Of a stretch of DNA of 64,000 nucleotides, positions 37,921 to 50,512 are shown one piece after another; the stretch's first letter is position 1; each line of letters starts with the position of its first letter. The stretch lies in the NCBI RefSeq assembly GCF_006345805.1, contig NC_043025.1:13082001-13146000 (forward strand), given 5' to 3'. Position numbers and translations under genes: made by a program. This DNA comes from Octopus sinensis. Taxonomy: Eukaryota. The notes below the pieces were generated by a model, which had not been told where the DNA came from, did not search any database, and saw nothing but the letters and a program-made list of their open reading frames with translations.

Positions 37921-38086
37921 AATACCAATATCACTGCAACCTGCTGTAAGTTCATGGGAAAAAAACTGTCTGTTCGTCCCTCCCTGCAACACCCACCCAC
38001 CCACCCACACACCCTAAATTAGTGACACACAGACAGACTGGAGGTGGGAGGAAAAGACTGTAGCCTTATACAGCTGACCTTTCAAC

Positions 38087-38117
<31 letters not shown>

Positions 38118-38214
38118 CATGAAATGAGAGAAAGGTAAATGAGAAGAAGAAAAAAAAAAGTTTAAAAACATTTGTGATTTGTTTGACAAGAATCTAGATT
38201 CTTCTATATATATA

Positions 38215-38666
38215 CTAGCAGTATCGCCCGGCGTTGCTCGTGTTTGTAAGGGAAATAACTATATAAGCATTTTTAGAGAGTTATAGCCAAAAAATAGCAA
38301 AAAAATGCATTAAAAATGCAAAAAAATGATGGTATATTTTTTTTTTAAATCGTAGACTCATCGTAGACATTTTTAGAGTTACTTCCCTTATATAATAGCG
38401 AAAAAATGATGGTAAATTTTTTTCTAAATCGTAGACTCATCGTAGACATTTTTAGAGTTACTTCCCTTATATAATAGCGAAAAAATGATGTTAAATTATT
38501 TTTAAAATCGTAGACTCATCGTAGACGCGCGCTAATACCCAGACGGGCTCGATATGAATCACGACTATAAGATACCCGGTTTTGGTTAAACTGCACCGCA
38601 AAATGTGGGAGTAGTTAGGAATCTAAATCGAAGGGGACAGACACTCACACAACTTCACTTTTATAT
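38215..38666 (-). mobile_element. Non-autonomous Helitron (second subfamily) with internal ~80 bp tandem repeats
   Basis: The minus-strand 3' end is GAGCAACGCCGGGCGATACTGCTAG|T. AAATCGTAGACTCATCGTAGAC occurs three times. Confidence 0.75.
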
Positions 38667-38948
38667 CTTCCACTAGATTGTGGTCATGCTGGAGCACCAC
38701 CTCCAAGGGTTTTACTGGAACAAATTCTGCACCCCCTCCTCTCGCGATGCCCCACAGGAATTATTTTTTAAGTACTTATTCAGTCGGTATATCTTTTCCT
38801 GAGCTGCGAACTCACAGGGACGCAAACAAACCAACACTGGTTGTCAAGTGGTAGGGGTGGAGTGACAAACACATACAGTGTGCTGGAAATAATAGTTGTG
38901 AGTGAAGGGGTGAATGCGACCATATTCACTTCAAATACACAATATACT

Positions 38949-39716
38949 CTTACTCTTTTACTTGTTTCAGTCATTTGACAGCGGCCATGCTGGAGCACCG
39001 CCTTCAGTTGAGCAACTAGACCCAAGGACTTATTCTTTGTAAGCCCAGTACTTATTCTATCGGTCTTTTTTGCTGAACCGCTAAGTGACGGGGACATAAA
39101 CACGCCAGCATCAGTTGTCAAGCAATGCTAGGGGGACAGACACACAAACCCACACATACACACACACATATATATACATATATACGACAGGCTTCTTTCA
39201 GTTTCCATCTACCAAATCCACTCACAAGGCATTGGTTGGTCCGGGGCTATAGCAGAAGACACTCGCCCAAGATGCCACGCAGTGGGACTGAACCCGGAAC
39301 CATGTGGTTGGTTAGCAAGCTACTTACCACACAGCCACTCCTGCACCTATGTATATATATATACGACGGGCTTCTTTCAGTTTCCGTCTACCAAATCCAC
39401 TCACAAGGCATTGGTCGGCCCGGGGCTATAGTAGAAGACACTTGCCCAAGATGCCACGCAGTGGGACTGAACCCGGAACCATGTGTTTGGTTAGCAAGCT
39501 ACTTACCACACAGCCACTCCTGCGCCTATATATATATATATACATATATACGACGGGCTTCTTTCAGTTTCCGTCTACCAAATCCACTCACAAGGCATTG
39601 GTCGGCCCGGGGCTATAGTAGAAGACACTTGCCCAAGATGCCACGCAGTGGGACTGAACCCGGAACTATGTGGTTGGTTAGCAAGCTACTTACCACACAG
39701 CCACTCCTGCGCCTAT
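38949..39716 (-). mobile_element. SINE family 1 with three tandem tRNA-head modules
   Basis: One tail plus heads at about 39186-39350, 39364-39528 and 39550-39716, separated by (TA)n. Confidence 0.9.
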
Positions 39717-40676
39717 GGTCACAGACAAAGAAGGACATCCTTTTATTTTTATTTTTATTTCTTCTTTTTCTTTGAGGTCCATGAATCCAAAATAAAGAAT
39801 CGAATAAACAGAAATTTCCTTTCATAATAAAATTCTGAACTGTAACTTTCTAATGTCACAAAAGAAAAGGTTTTATACGTGTTTATAGACTATTAAATAT
39901 GACCCATTTATTGCCAAGAACCAGGTCTCTCTGGTTCAATGTGGGAGTCATGGAAACTTGAAGACATTCTGTGGAAGCGTTGACTGCACCAAAACTGCGC
40001 ACTTCCTGCAATTAGATGAGCAATCACACCCAACCCACCTCTGCTAATTAATGTGGATGTCAACATCCTTTTGTATATTCCACGGTCAACCAGTCCAAAT
40101 ATATCTACTACAACATCTCCACCCACCCTACGACCAGGGCTGGATTAAGACCCATAAAGGCCCTAAGCACTTGAAAAAGATTTCGGTGACCCCATATATA
40201 TGTTATTCAAAATATAAACAATAATAAACCATAAAATAAATTTTGGTTTCTCAAAAGGAAACTAAACTAACAGTAAGATAGGCGGAGGAGTGGCTGTGTG
40301 GTAAGTAGCTTGCTTACGAACCACATGGTTCTAGGTTCAGTCCCACTGCATGGCACCTTGGGTAAGTGTCTTCTACTATAGCCTTGGGCTGACCAAAGCC
40401 TTGTGAGTGGATTTGGTAGACGGAAACTGAAAGAAGCCTATCATATATATGTATGTAAGATAAATAGTTCAATTACCTGAAGATTGACTGTAACCATAAC
40501 TCGAATTATTACAAATTGTACAGCCATGAAACGATCGTAGTGTTTTACTCATTATCTTTTATTAAACTTTTAATACTTTTGATATATATTTAAAATAATA
40601 TAAATTAATTAATTTTATGTATTGGCTTAAGTTTTTCATTGTATGATTTGCCTAATAGTGGTTTTATCTCTAATTA

Positions 40677-40735
<59 letters not shown>

Positions 40736-41519
40736 GTATGTATATATGTGTGTTTGTTAAGTCTGGACATGCATGCATAGACAGATAGATAGATGGATGG
40801 ATGGATGGATAGACAGATAGATAGACTGATGGATAGATAGATGGATAACTTTCTTTCTTGGCCACACAGGGCTGTACACAGAGGGGACAAATACAAATGT
40901 AGAGCTTTTCTTTTCGAAAATGGAAAAGAAAAAGAAAAAAGGGAACAAATGTAAAATTCAGATCAAAAGGGATCGGGGTGGGGGGAGCGATAAAAAGGGA
41001 TCGGGGGTTCAGACAAACAGACAGACAGATAGATAATGTAGATATGTAGATAGATAGAGAGAAAAAGTAAGAGAGAGAGAGGATGAAGATTAAAGATTGA
41101 TGACTAAGATTAGAGATTGATGACTAAGCCGTATGATGGATGGCCAATGAGGTGATATTCTCTTGTAGTCCAAGAAAGATGGTTCTGCAGTCTCTTACTG
41201 AAGAACGCCCAAATGATTTGTTTCCAGAGACGAAATGTTTGTGGCGTACATAGAAGCACACTCCTTCCATCAAATATCAGATATCAGAAGATTGCAAACC
41301 AGCCCGAGAATCTTAAGGCTTGGCTTATCTTTCTAGGCCATACTCAGCATCAACAATCAACAATGCTATGCGCACGCACGCACACGCGCACTCACATACA
41401 TAGTTCTACAATTTCTTGATGAACGACCAGCACAAAAGATTTGTTTATGACCACCAAATATTTATACTGTACAATGGCATGATGAAAAGTTCGTAGGCTG
41501 ACCACAAACGAGTTATCAA

Positions 41520-42150
41520 TCTCTATATATAAAATATATATATAAAGCTGAAGTTGTCTGTGTGTGGCAGGTTTGGTAGCCTTCAACTAACACTATCTCC
41601 TCCGAGACCCTGCGGCGCAAGTTGACCAAAATTGAGAGTATGATAGAAGAAGGCTTGCTCTTCATTCCGTAGAAGATAAAATTCAAATCGGACCATGTTA
41701 ACACCAAAAATTATTTACATAAAAAAGGTGCTTTTTTTTCTATGAAAATCCCTATTTTTTACGATTTATAAAGCTGAAGTTGTCTGTGTATGGCAGGTTT
41801 GGTAGCCTTCAACTAACACTATCTCCTCCGAGACCCTGTGGCGCAAGTTGACCAAAATTGAGAGTATGATAGAAGAAGGCTTGCTCTTCATTCCGTAGAA
41901 GATAAAATTCAAATCGGACCATGTTAACACCAAAAATTATTTACATCAAAAAGGTGCTTTTTTTCTATGAAAATCCCTGTTTTTTTACAATTTTTTGACA
42001 GCTGTGTCGCCATTTTCCGGTGTATTTCAACCAGAAAACTGTTCACTTGAAGAGAATAACAAGCTACAGAATGCAAACTTTTTTCCTTTTCAAAAATTCC
42101 AATTCTAAAGGGTCGAAACAAACCCAAGTAATGCCGGGCGATACTGCTAG
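41520..42150 (+). mobile_element. Non-autonomous Helitron with two tandem 5' modules
   Basis: A|TC 5' end, subterminal CC(C/A)A-GTAATGCC-GGG hairpin region, CTAG|T 3' end, no target-site duplication (TSD). Confidence 0.85.
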
Positions 42151-42580
42151 TATCATTATAAAATTAAACAATCACATCATTGAAATCTCAAAGCTATGAG
42201 ATAATGCAGGGTTAATTCAAAGCGATGTGAATAAATAAGCATTACACTTGACAGGATAATCTGATTTAAGCTCAGGGGTTAAATCATATCTTGTATTGAA
42301 TGTGTTTCAAGCCGAGATTGCCATAGACATGTTTAAGCCATATCTTATGTGAACCACTTTGTCTTCCAGTGCATCAAGTTCTCAATGTGGATAAATAAGG
42401 ATTACATTCGACAGAATACTCTGAATGCTGAGGGATTAAAGTACAGAGTGTCAGAAATAGACAAAGACCTTTTCTCTTTGACAATGGTCAAACAAGGAGT
42501 TTGATCGGTTCAAGTTTTGTGGTCTTTTGGACTTTGTACATTAAATATGGCAGCCACAGCGAGTCATTGTCTGCACAGAT

Positions 42581-42977
42581 TACTCTTTACTCTTTTACTT
42601 GTTTCAGTCATTTGACTGAGGCCATGCTGGAGCACCGCCTTTAGTCGAGCAACTCGACCCCGGGACTTATTATTTTGTAAGCCTAGTACTTATTCTATCG
42701 GTCTCTTTTGGCGAACCGCTAAGTGACGGGGACATAAACACACCAGCATCGGTTGTCAAGCAATGCTAGGGGAACAAACACAGACACACACGCACACATA
42801 TATATATATACATATATATGACGGGATTCTTTTGGTTTCCGTCTACCAAATCCACTCACAAGGCTTTGGTCGGCACGAGGCTATAGTAGAAGACACTTGC
42901 CCAAGATGCCATGCAATGGGACTGAACCCGGAACCATTTGGTTGGTAAACAAGCTACTTACCACACAGCCACGCCTA
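42581..42977 (-). mobile_element. SINE family 1, full length
   Basis: Family match; head-to-head with the + copy at 43030-43150. Confidence 0.9.
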
Positions 42978-43722
42978 CGATTAAAAGTGAAACGGAATGA
43001 AATAATGGCTAATAATCTGGTACATGGGAGACTGGTGGTTAAGAAGCTTGTTTTGCAACCACAAGGTTCTAGGTTCAGTCCCACTGCGTGGCACCTTGGG
43101 CAAGTGTCTTCTACTATAGCCTCGGGCCGACCAAAGCCTTGTGAGCAGATTTAGTAGAAAGAATTATTAATTATATTTTGAACTATTTATATAATCTTTT
43201 AAGTGCCTTTGGGCCTCTATGGGTCTTAATATGGGCTTGGGCAATCTTTCGGTACAAGTACCATAACTGCCAATTATAAACCCACGTGGGTTTGTTTACA
43301 TTTCTAAAGAAAAAAAACCCTTTTCCCCCACCCCAGACCCTAACCCCAACCCCACATATATAAAAAAAAAAACTTTATGGAAAGTGACGATCTTCTTCAA
43401 ATGTAAACAAACAGACTTGGCAGTTATGGTACTTATACCGAAAGATGGCCCTGTGCCTGTTTGCATGTCCAGACGAAGGTCACCCTTGATTGCCAGATGT
43501 TGTGAAGTCTGTCCCATTTAACTCCTGGACAGTTTCTCTAGTAATGACAACATGTCATTTTTTACTGTCAGCAATAAAAAAAAACCACCTGAATTATTAC
43601 AAATTTTGAAATTCTATTGATTTTTCTTTCTTTTAATGGTAAGTGGGTTTTTTTCAGTGTTGTGTGAAACTATTAAACTGAATGATTTTATGGCAGGAAA
43701 CGAGAAACGAAAGAAAAATAAA

Positions 43723-44300
43723 TCTCTCTCTATATCTATAAAGCTGTCTCCTCTGAGACCCTGCGGCACAAGTTGACCAAAATTGAGAGTATGATAGAAG
43801 AAGGCTTGCTCTTCCTTCCGTAGAAGAAAAAATTCAAATCGCACCATGTTAACACCAAAAATTATTTACATCAAAAAGATGCTTTTTTTCTATGAAAATC
43901 CCTATTTTTTACGATTTATAAAGCTGAAGTTGTCTGTGTATGGCAGGTTTGGTAGCCTTCAACTAACACTATCTCCTCCAAGACCCTGCAGCACAAGATG
44001 ACCAAAATTCAGAGTATGATAGAAGAAGGCTTGCTCTTCCTTCTGTAGAAGATAAAATTCAAATCAGACCATGTTAACACCAAAAATTATTTACATCAAA
44101 AAGGTGCTTTTTTTTCTATGAAAATCCCTACTTTTTAACGATTTTTTGACAGCTGTGTCACCATTTTTTGGTGTATTTCAACCAGAAAAATGTTCACTTA
44201 AAGAGAATAACAAGCTACAGAATGCAAAATTTTTACTTTTCAAAAATTCCAATTCTAAAGGGTCGAAACAAACCCGAGTAACGCCGGGCGATACTGCTAG
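43723..44300 (+). mobile_element. Non-autonomous Helitron with two 5' modules (first one internally deleted)
   Basis: A|TC start, CCCG-AGTAACGC-CGGG hairpin, CTAG|T end. Confidence 0.85.
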
Positions 44301-44511
44301 TAAGAAATAATTGACTTTGGAATACAGCGCACACGCATATGAATGAAGATAATTTCTTCAAGAGGTGATGATCCCTAATTGTGGAGGGAACATGTGGAAA
44401 GGGTAGACCCAGGAAGATGTGAGATGAAGTGGTGAGAAAGGATCTTCAGTCGTTGGGCCTCACAGATGGGATAAGAGGGGACTGGAATTTATGTAAAAAA
44501 AAACTTCAGAC

Positions 44512-44917
44512 AGGCGCAGGAGTGGCTGTGTGGTAAGTAGCTTGCTAACTAACCACATGGTTCTGGGTTCAGTCTCACTGCGTGGCATCTTGGGCAAGTG
44601 TCTTCTGCTATAGCCCCGGGCCAACCAATGCCTTGTGAGTGGATTTGGTAGACGGAAACTGAAAGAAGCCTGTCGTATATATGTATATATATATATGTAT
44701 GTGTGTGTATGTCTGTGTTTGTCCCCCTAGCATTACTTGACAACCGATGCTGGTGTGTTTACGTCCCCGTCACTTACCAGTTCGGCAAAAGAGACCGATA
44801 GAATAAGTACTGGGCTTACAAAAGAATAAGTCCCGGGGTCGAGTTGCTCGACTAAAGGCGGTGCTCCAGCATGGCCGCAGTCAAATGACTGAAACAAGTA
44901 AAAGAGTAAAAGAGAGT
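44512..44917 (+). mobile_element. SINE family 1, full length
   Basis: Family match. Confidence 0.9.
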
Positions 44918-45569
44918 CTATATTTTAAACTCTGATCTAAAAAAACATTTTTTAAATTAAAGGAAGAAAAAAAATTATGAAAAACTAAAAGAATTCTTTT
45001 TCGTAGTTTTGTGAATTCTCATGTAAAGAATACAAATTTGAAAAAATTTTCTGGAAATTCCAAAAAGTAAAAAAGCCATGAGGGGTATATGAGGTGCTTT
45101 AAACAGAAATTCTAGTGTCAGGTTGACATATGAGGAGGGCGTCACATGGTACTGAGATGTACTAAAAATAACAGCTAAATTGTCCTTAAATCACATGATC
45201 TTTTTTTTTTTCTTTTTGCATAATCATATAAATTCCCAAGTGTAGAATACGAATTTGCAAAAATTCTCTGGAAATTCCAGAAAATAAAAAAGCTATGAGG
45301 GGTTATATGAGGTACTTTAAACCGAAATTCTAGTGTCAGGTGGTACTGAGATATGCTAAAAATAACAGCTAATGATCACACTCAAATGGTGCTTTTTACG
45401 TGCCACCAGCATGGGAGCCAGTCAGCTGCCCTGGCAATTTTTAATTCTCCTGTGCAGATATGTGTGCATAAGACTATTAAATTATTGCACAGGGGTTCCT
45501 CGAGCCAGTGGAATGTTTCCTTGGGGTTCCGCTCCAGCAAAATGTTTGAAAAGCATTGCGCTAGAGTAT

Positions 45570-46390
45570 GACACCTTTTCACACAGCTATCCTCATCCAT
45601 TCTCACAACACGACCATACCAGCACAGTCATCTCTCTTGCACACCACATCTGATATTTCTTAGGTCCAACTTTTCTTCAGAGCACTAACACTCTGTCGTC
45701 TATGTACACTGACATTACACATCCATTGGAGCATACTGGCTTCATTCTTTGCAAGCTTACGCATGTCCTCAGCCATCACGGCCCATGTTTCACTGCCATG
45801 TAGCATGGCTGTTCGTACACATGCATCATACAGTCTACCTTTTACTCTGAGCAAGAGGCCCTTTGTCACCAGCGGAGGCAAGAGCTCTCTGAACTTTGCC
45901 CAGGCTATTCTTATTCTAGCAGCTACATGTTTAGAGAACCCACCCCTACTACTGATTTGGTCACCTAGGTAACGGAAGCTATCAACTACTTCTAGTTTTT
46001 CTCCCTGGAATGTGGCAGAAGCTGTTCTCTGCACATTTTCAGTGTTTATTGCTCCTGAGCATCTGCCACATACAAAAACTATCTTCCCAGTTAGCCTTCC
46101 TTTGATATTGCTGCACCTCTTATGTGCCCATAGCTTACACTGGGTACATCTTATGGAGTTTCTACCTATGCCTTTTCTGCAGATTGAGCAGGGACATCTA
46201 CCTGAAGGGGCTTGTGGTTTGCCTGCCTTCCTACTTATTAGGACTTTGGTTTTGGCTAGGTTGACTCTAAGGTTCTTCAGTTCTAATCCTTGCTTCCACA
46301 CCTGAAACTTCTCTAGTTCTGATAGTGACTCAGCAATTAGAGCAAGGTCATCAGCGTAGATGAGCTCCCTGGGGCATCCTGTCTTGAATA
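45570..46390 (-). mobile_element. RTE-clade LINE reverse transcriptase fragment with a Cys-rich (PHD-like) insert
   Basis: ELIYADDLALIAES, NLAKTKVL, CPCSICRKGIGRNSIRCTQCKLWAHKRCS, VDSFRYLGD and MLHGSETW. The element is 5'-truncated. Confidence 0.92.
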
Positions 46391-46661
46391 CACACATGGC
46401 AAGTAAAAACCTACCCACTACACTCTGTAAAGTGGTTGGCATTAAGAAGGGCATCCAACCATAGAAACCTTGCCAGATTGGACTGGAATTTGGTACAACC
46501 CTCCAGTTTACCAGTTTTCAGACAAACCGTCCAACCCATGCCAGCATGGAAAGCAGACCTTAAACGACGACAATGATGACACACACATACATATATATAT
46601 ACAAATATTCACACCCTAAACATGCAAACACATACACAAATACACTGATATATGCATATAT

Positions 46662-46975
46662 GTGGAGGCGCAATGGCCCAGTGGTTAGGGCAGCGGACTC
46701 GCGGTCGGAGGATCGCGGTTTCGATTCCCAGACCGGGCGTTGTGTGTGTTTATTGAGCGAAAACACCTAAAAGCTCCACGAGGCTCCGGCAAGGGGTGTT
46801 GGTGAACCCTGTCGTACTCTTTTGCCCCAACTTTCTCTCACTCTTTCTTCCTGTTTCTTGAGTAACGCTGCGATGGACTGAAGTCCTGTCCAGCTGAGTG
46901 GGGAACACATTCGCTATAGAAACCGGAAAACCGGGCCCATGGGCCTGGCTAGGCTTGAAAAGGGCAAAGTTTATC
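46662..46975 (+). mobile_element. SINE family 2 with tail B
   Basis: tRNA-like head GGAGGCGCAATGGCCCAGTGGTTAGGGCAGCGGACTCGCGGTC...GGTTTCGATTCCC; the tail differs from the 29395-29746 copy. Confidence 0.85.
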
Positions 46976-47588
46976 GTTATATATACATATATATAGAAAC
47001 ATACATATACAAGTACACACAGATATATACACACAAACACATACACACAACAGGAACACGCACACACTCACGCCCTGACAGCCAGGGAACCGCTACATGG
47101 TCACACAATGAGCTAGAAATAGCAGCAAAATGCCACGCATCCCTAAATAAACTGGAAAATCACGGCTGGAGCGGCTTTTAATCCTAGAAGTCCTTTTTAA
47201 CAGGGTTGACCAAGGGTTAAACAACTGCAAATGCGGCATCTGGGGAGATTGAACCCAAAGCCTCGTGGACACCGGCTTGAATTAATGCTAGAGTTCTGGG
47301 AAAGGCATGAACACCACAAATCCGCAATGGCTTAACTATCATACTCCCCCCCCCGGCCAACCCATAAATGCGGTATTTTTCGGTGAATCATAAAAATCGA
47401 TTACAGCAAACACGTGTAGTAATTAACGTATATACACACGTCTATAAATATATACGCACATATACACACGCGAAGATTACCTATACACACATATACATAG
47501 ACGCATATATAAACACAAGCATGTATATAGATAGATCGCCTATACATATATATATACATACATATATATATACATATACATAGATCGC

Positions 47589-47621
<33 letters not shown>

Positions 47622-48065
47622 CATATATATATATATAATATACACACACACACGCACATTTACACATTAGTATATACCCACACAATACACGTACACGCAT
47701 TTATAAATTTGTATATATACACATAATACATGTGTGTATATTCATGCTTCTACACACACACAGAGTCAGGTCAAGATATACACAAATACATATACACACG
47801 CGTGTATATATCAATCGTTTATATTCGCCCCATCCAGCGCACATGTAGGGATATATGACTTGTGTATTCAAGTACATGTAGACACCCACATGTATATATA
47901 TGCAGATGTATATATGCACCCATACTCACATATACATACATGTTATCCCTATGTAATCACTGAATTCAAATCTTGATTTTCGTGGAATATTTTATAAAAT
48001 AAAACTGTAAATGAATGAAATCATGGACACACACACACACAGATGTGAATGTATACATATACACA

Positions 48066-48106
<41 letters not shown>

Positions 48107-48149
48107 TCAAGCCGAGAATGTCCTTCGTCTGTGATTAAACATTAATAAA

Positions 48150-48486
48150 TGTATACATTAGCACACACATATATACAAACATACACACGTACACACACAC
48201 AACACCATACAATATATAATATATATGTATGTATATGTATATATATATTATATATATATATATATATTATATTTAAATATATATATATATATATATTTAA
48301 ATATATATATTTAAATATATATATTATATATATAATATTTAAATATTATATATATTTAAATATATATATATATAATTTAAATATATATATTTAAATAATA
48401 TATATATATATTTAAATATATATATTAAATATATATATTAAATATTAATTTAAATATATATATATATTTAAATATATATATTTAAA

Positions 48487-48517
<31 letters not shown>

Positions 48518-48578
48518 TTAAATATATATATTTAAATATAGATTATATATATATATTATATATATATATATATATATT

Positions 48579-48620
<42 letters not shown>

Positions 48621-48675
48621 ATATATATATATATTTAAATTATATATATATATATATATAATATTATATAATATA

Positions 48676-48709
<34 letters not shown>

Positions 48710-48728
48710 AATATATATATATAAAATA

Positions 48729-48772
<44 letters not shown>

Positions 48773-48783
48773 TATATATTTAA

Positions 48784-48829
<46 letters not shown>

Positions 48830-48885
48830 AATATATATATATATATATATATAATATATATATAAATATATATTATTATATATAT

Positions 48886-48917
<32 letters not shown>

Positions 48918-48960
48918 AATATATATATTTATTATATATATATATATATATACATACACC
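48150..48960. repeat. About 800 bp nearly pure A/T (TA)n / TTTAAATATATA array
   Basis: Seen directly. Confidence 0.95.
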
Positions 48961-48984
48961 AACACACACACATATATATATATA

Positions 48985-49114
48985 CAAGGTGTCCCAAAAA
49001 AATGTTACACATAGTGGTTCGGCAAAAGAGAACGATAGAATAAGTACTAGGCTTACAAAGAATAACAAATTTACAATTATTTAAGGTGTGTATACATCTT
49101 TTGGGGACACCCTG
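48985..49114. mobile_element. Tiny Tc1-like MITE interrupted by a SINE fragment
   Basis: TA|CAAGGTGTCCCAAAA...TTTTGGGGACACCCTG|TA; a SINE 1 tail piece sits at about 49014-49064. Confidence 0.7.
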
Positions 49115-49231
49115 TATATATATATATACATATAAATTAAATAAGGGTAGAAATTGAGATTAATCAATTAAAACCAGTGGCCTAGAAATATTATTTCAAA
49201 AATCCGAAGATTAAACATTTTATACAGACAC

Positions 49232-49415
49232 AATTAAGAGGAATGACCCCTAATAGTGGACAGCCTGTATGCTAGAAATAGACGTTAAACTTATTTTTAA
49301 ACTTTGGTTTTTGCTGAATTTTATTTGAGAATACATTCTTCGTGGTAAATGGCGAGTTTGGCGTCCTATTTCTAGCATACAGGCTGTCCACTATTAGGGG
49401 TCATTCCTCTTAATT
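49232..49415. mobile_element. Foldback MITE with a perfect 50 bp inverted repeat
   Basis: 49232-49281 is the exact reverse complement of 49366-49415. Confidence 0.85.
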
Positions 49416-49416
49416 T

Positions 49417-49459
<43 letters not shown>

Positions 49460-50512
49460 CAGGTTTCACAATTGACTTCATTGTATTAACTAGTGGCCGA
49501 GTATACCACAGATGTATGTACTCTTACATAATCCTCAATCAGAGCTGGACCATTTACAGTTCCCGCTCTCTCCACCGAATGTTCCAAGGTGCCCCACAAC
49601 GGGATCAAACCCGGGACCTCGTGATAATGAAGTGACGACGTTCCTAACTCCCGGGTCACCGGGACACAATTATACTAGGCATAACTACACAATTCGGCCC
49701 CACCCACTTTGTTTCTTTATAACTTAAATGCCCTTCAGATGGTGTAGAACATGATTATATCGGAATTTAACGTAAAAAGAAGATAGGCAGACTGGGGAAT
49801 CGGCCTAATTCTGCTGCGTATATCGTAGTTTGCTGCCAATAAATAAATAATATAGGGCCCAATATCTTGATTTCTTCCCATACACATCTATAATGATACA
49901 CATCATTTTTTCCTAAAATCACTCATATAATTTTGTAAATATACATATATATGTGATCTGTGCGTGTTTACAATAATTTATTCCACATTTCCCAACCACA
50001 TGGTTTCCGTTCGGTCCCATTGCGTGGCACCTAAAGCAAGTGTCATCTAATATAGCCCCAGGTCGACCAGAGCCGAGATCGAAACTGAAAGAATCCCGTG
50101 TGCGTGTCTTTGTGTTTATATTTGTTATTCCCCACCGCTGACAACCGGTATTGGTCTGTTTACGTCTTCGTAACTTAGCGTTTCGGCAAAGAAACAGAGG
50201 CAGATTGAATAAATACCAAGCTTTAAAATGAAAACTAGTAAAAACGGTAAGTCCCTATGTCGAGCCAAGGTTGTGCCCCAACATGACCGCAGTTTATCGT
50301 CTGAAACAAATAAAAGATAAAGAACGAAACATATAATCTTAATCCAGACCATCTGAAAGGTATTTGTAGCAAATTTCATTTAAAATTATCCGTTATTCCG
50401 TAAGTTATGAAGGAACAAAGATGAAATGGTGGTGGTGGAGCCTGGTTGTGTAGTTATGCCCTTATATAACCGACTGACCCACCCACCCCGAGAAGAACTC
50501 AGTAAAACTCAC

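Noticed and set aside
45660-46454. 264-aa ORF as an active reverse transcriptase
   Set aside because: It is 5'-truncated (begins just before YADD), has no endonuclease, and its N-terminus comes from an unrelated inverted tail.
46662-46735. tRNA-Arg(TCG)-like gene
   Set aside because: It lacks a proper acceptor stem, continues into a SINE body, and recurs as fragments. It is a SINE head.
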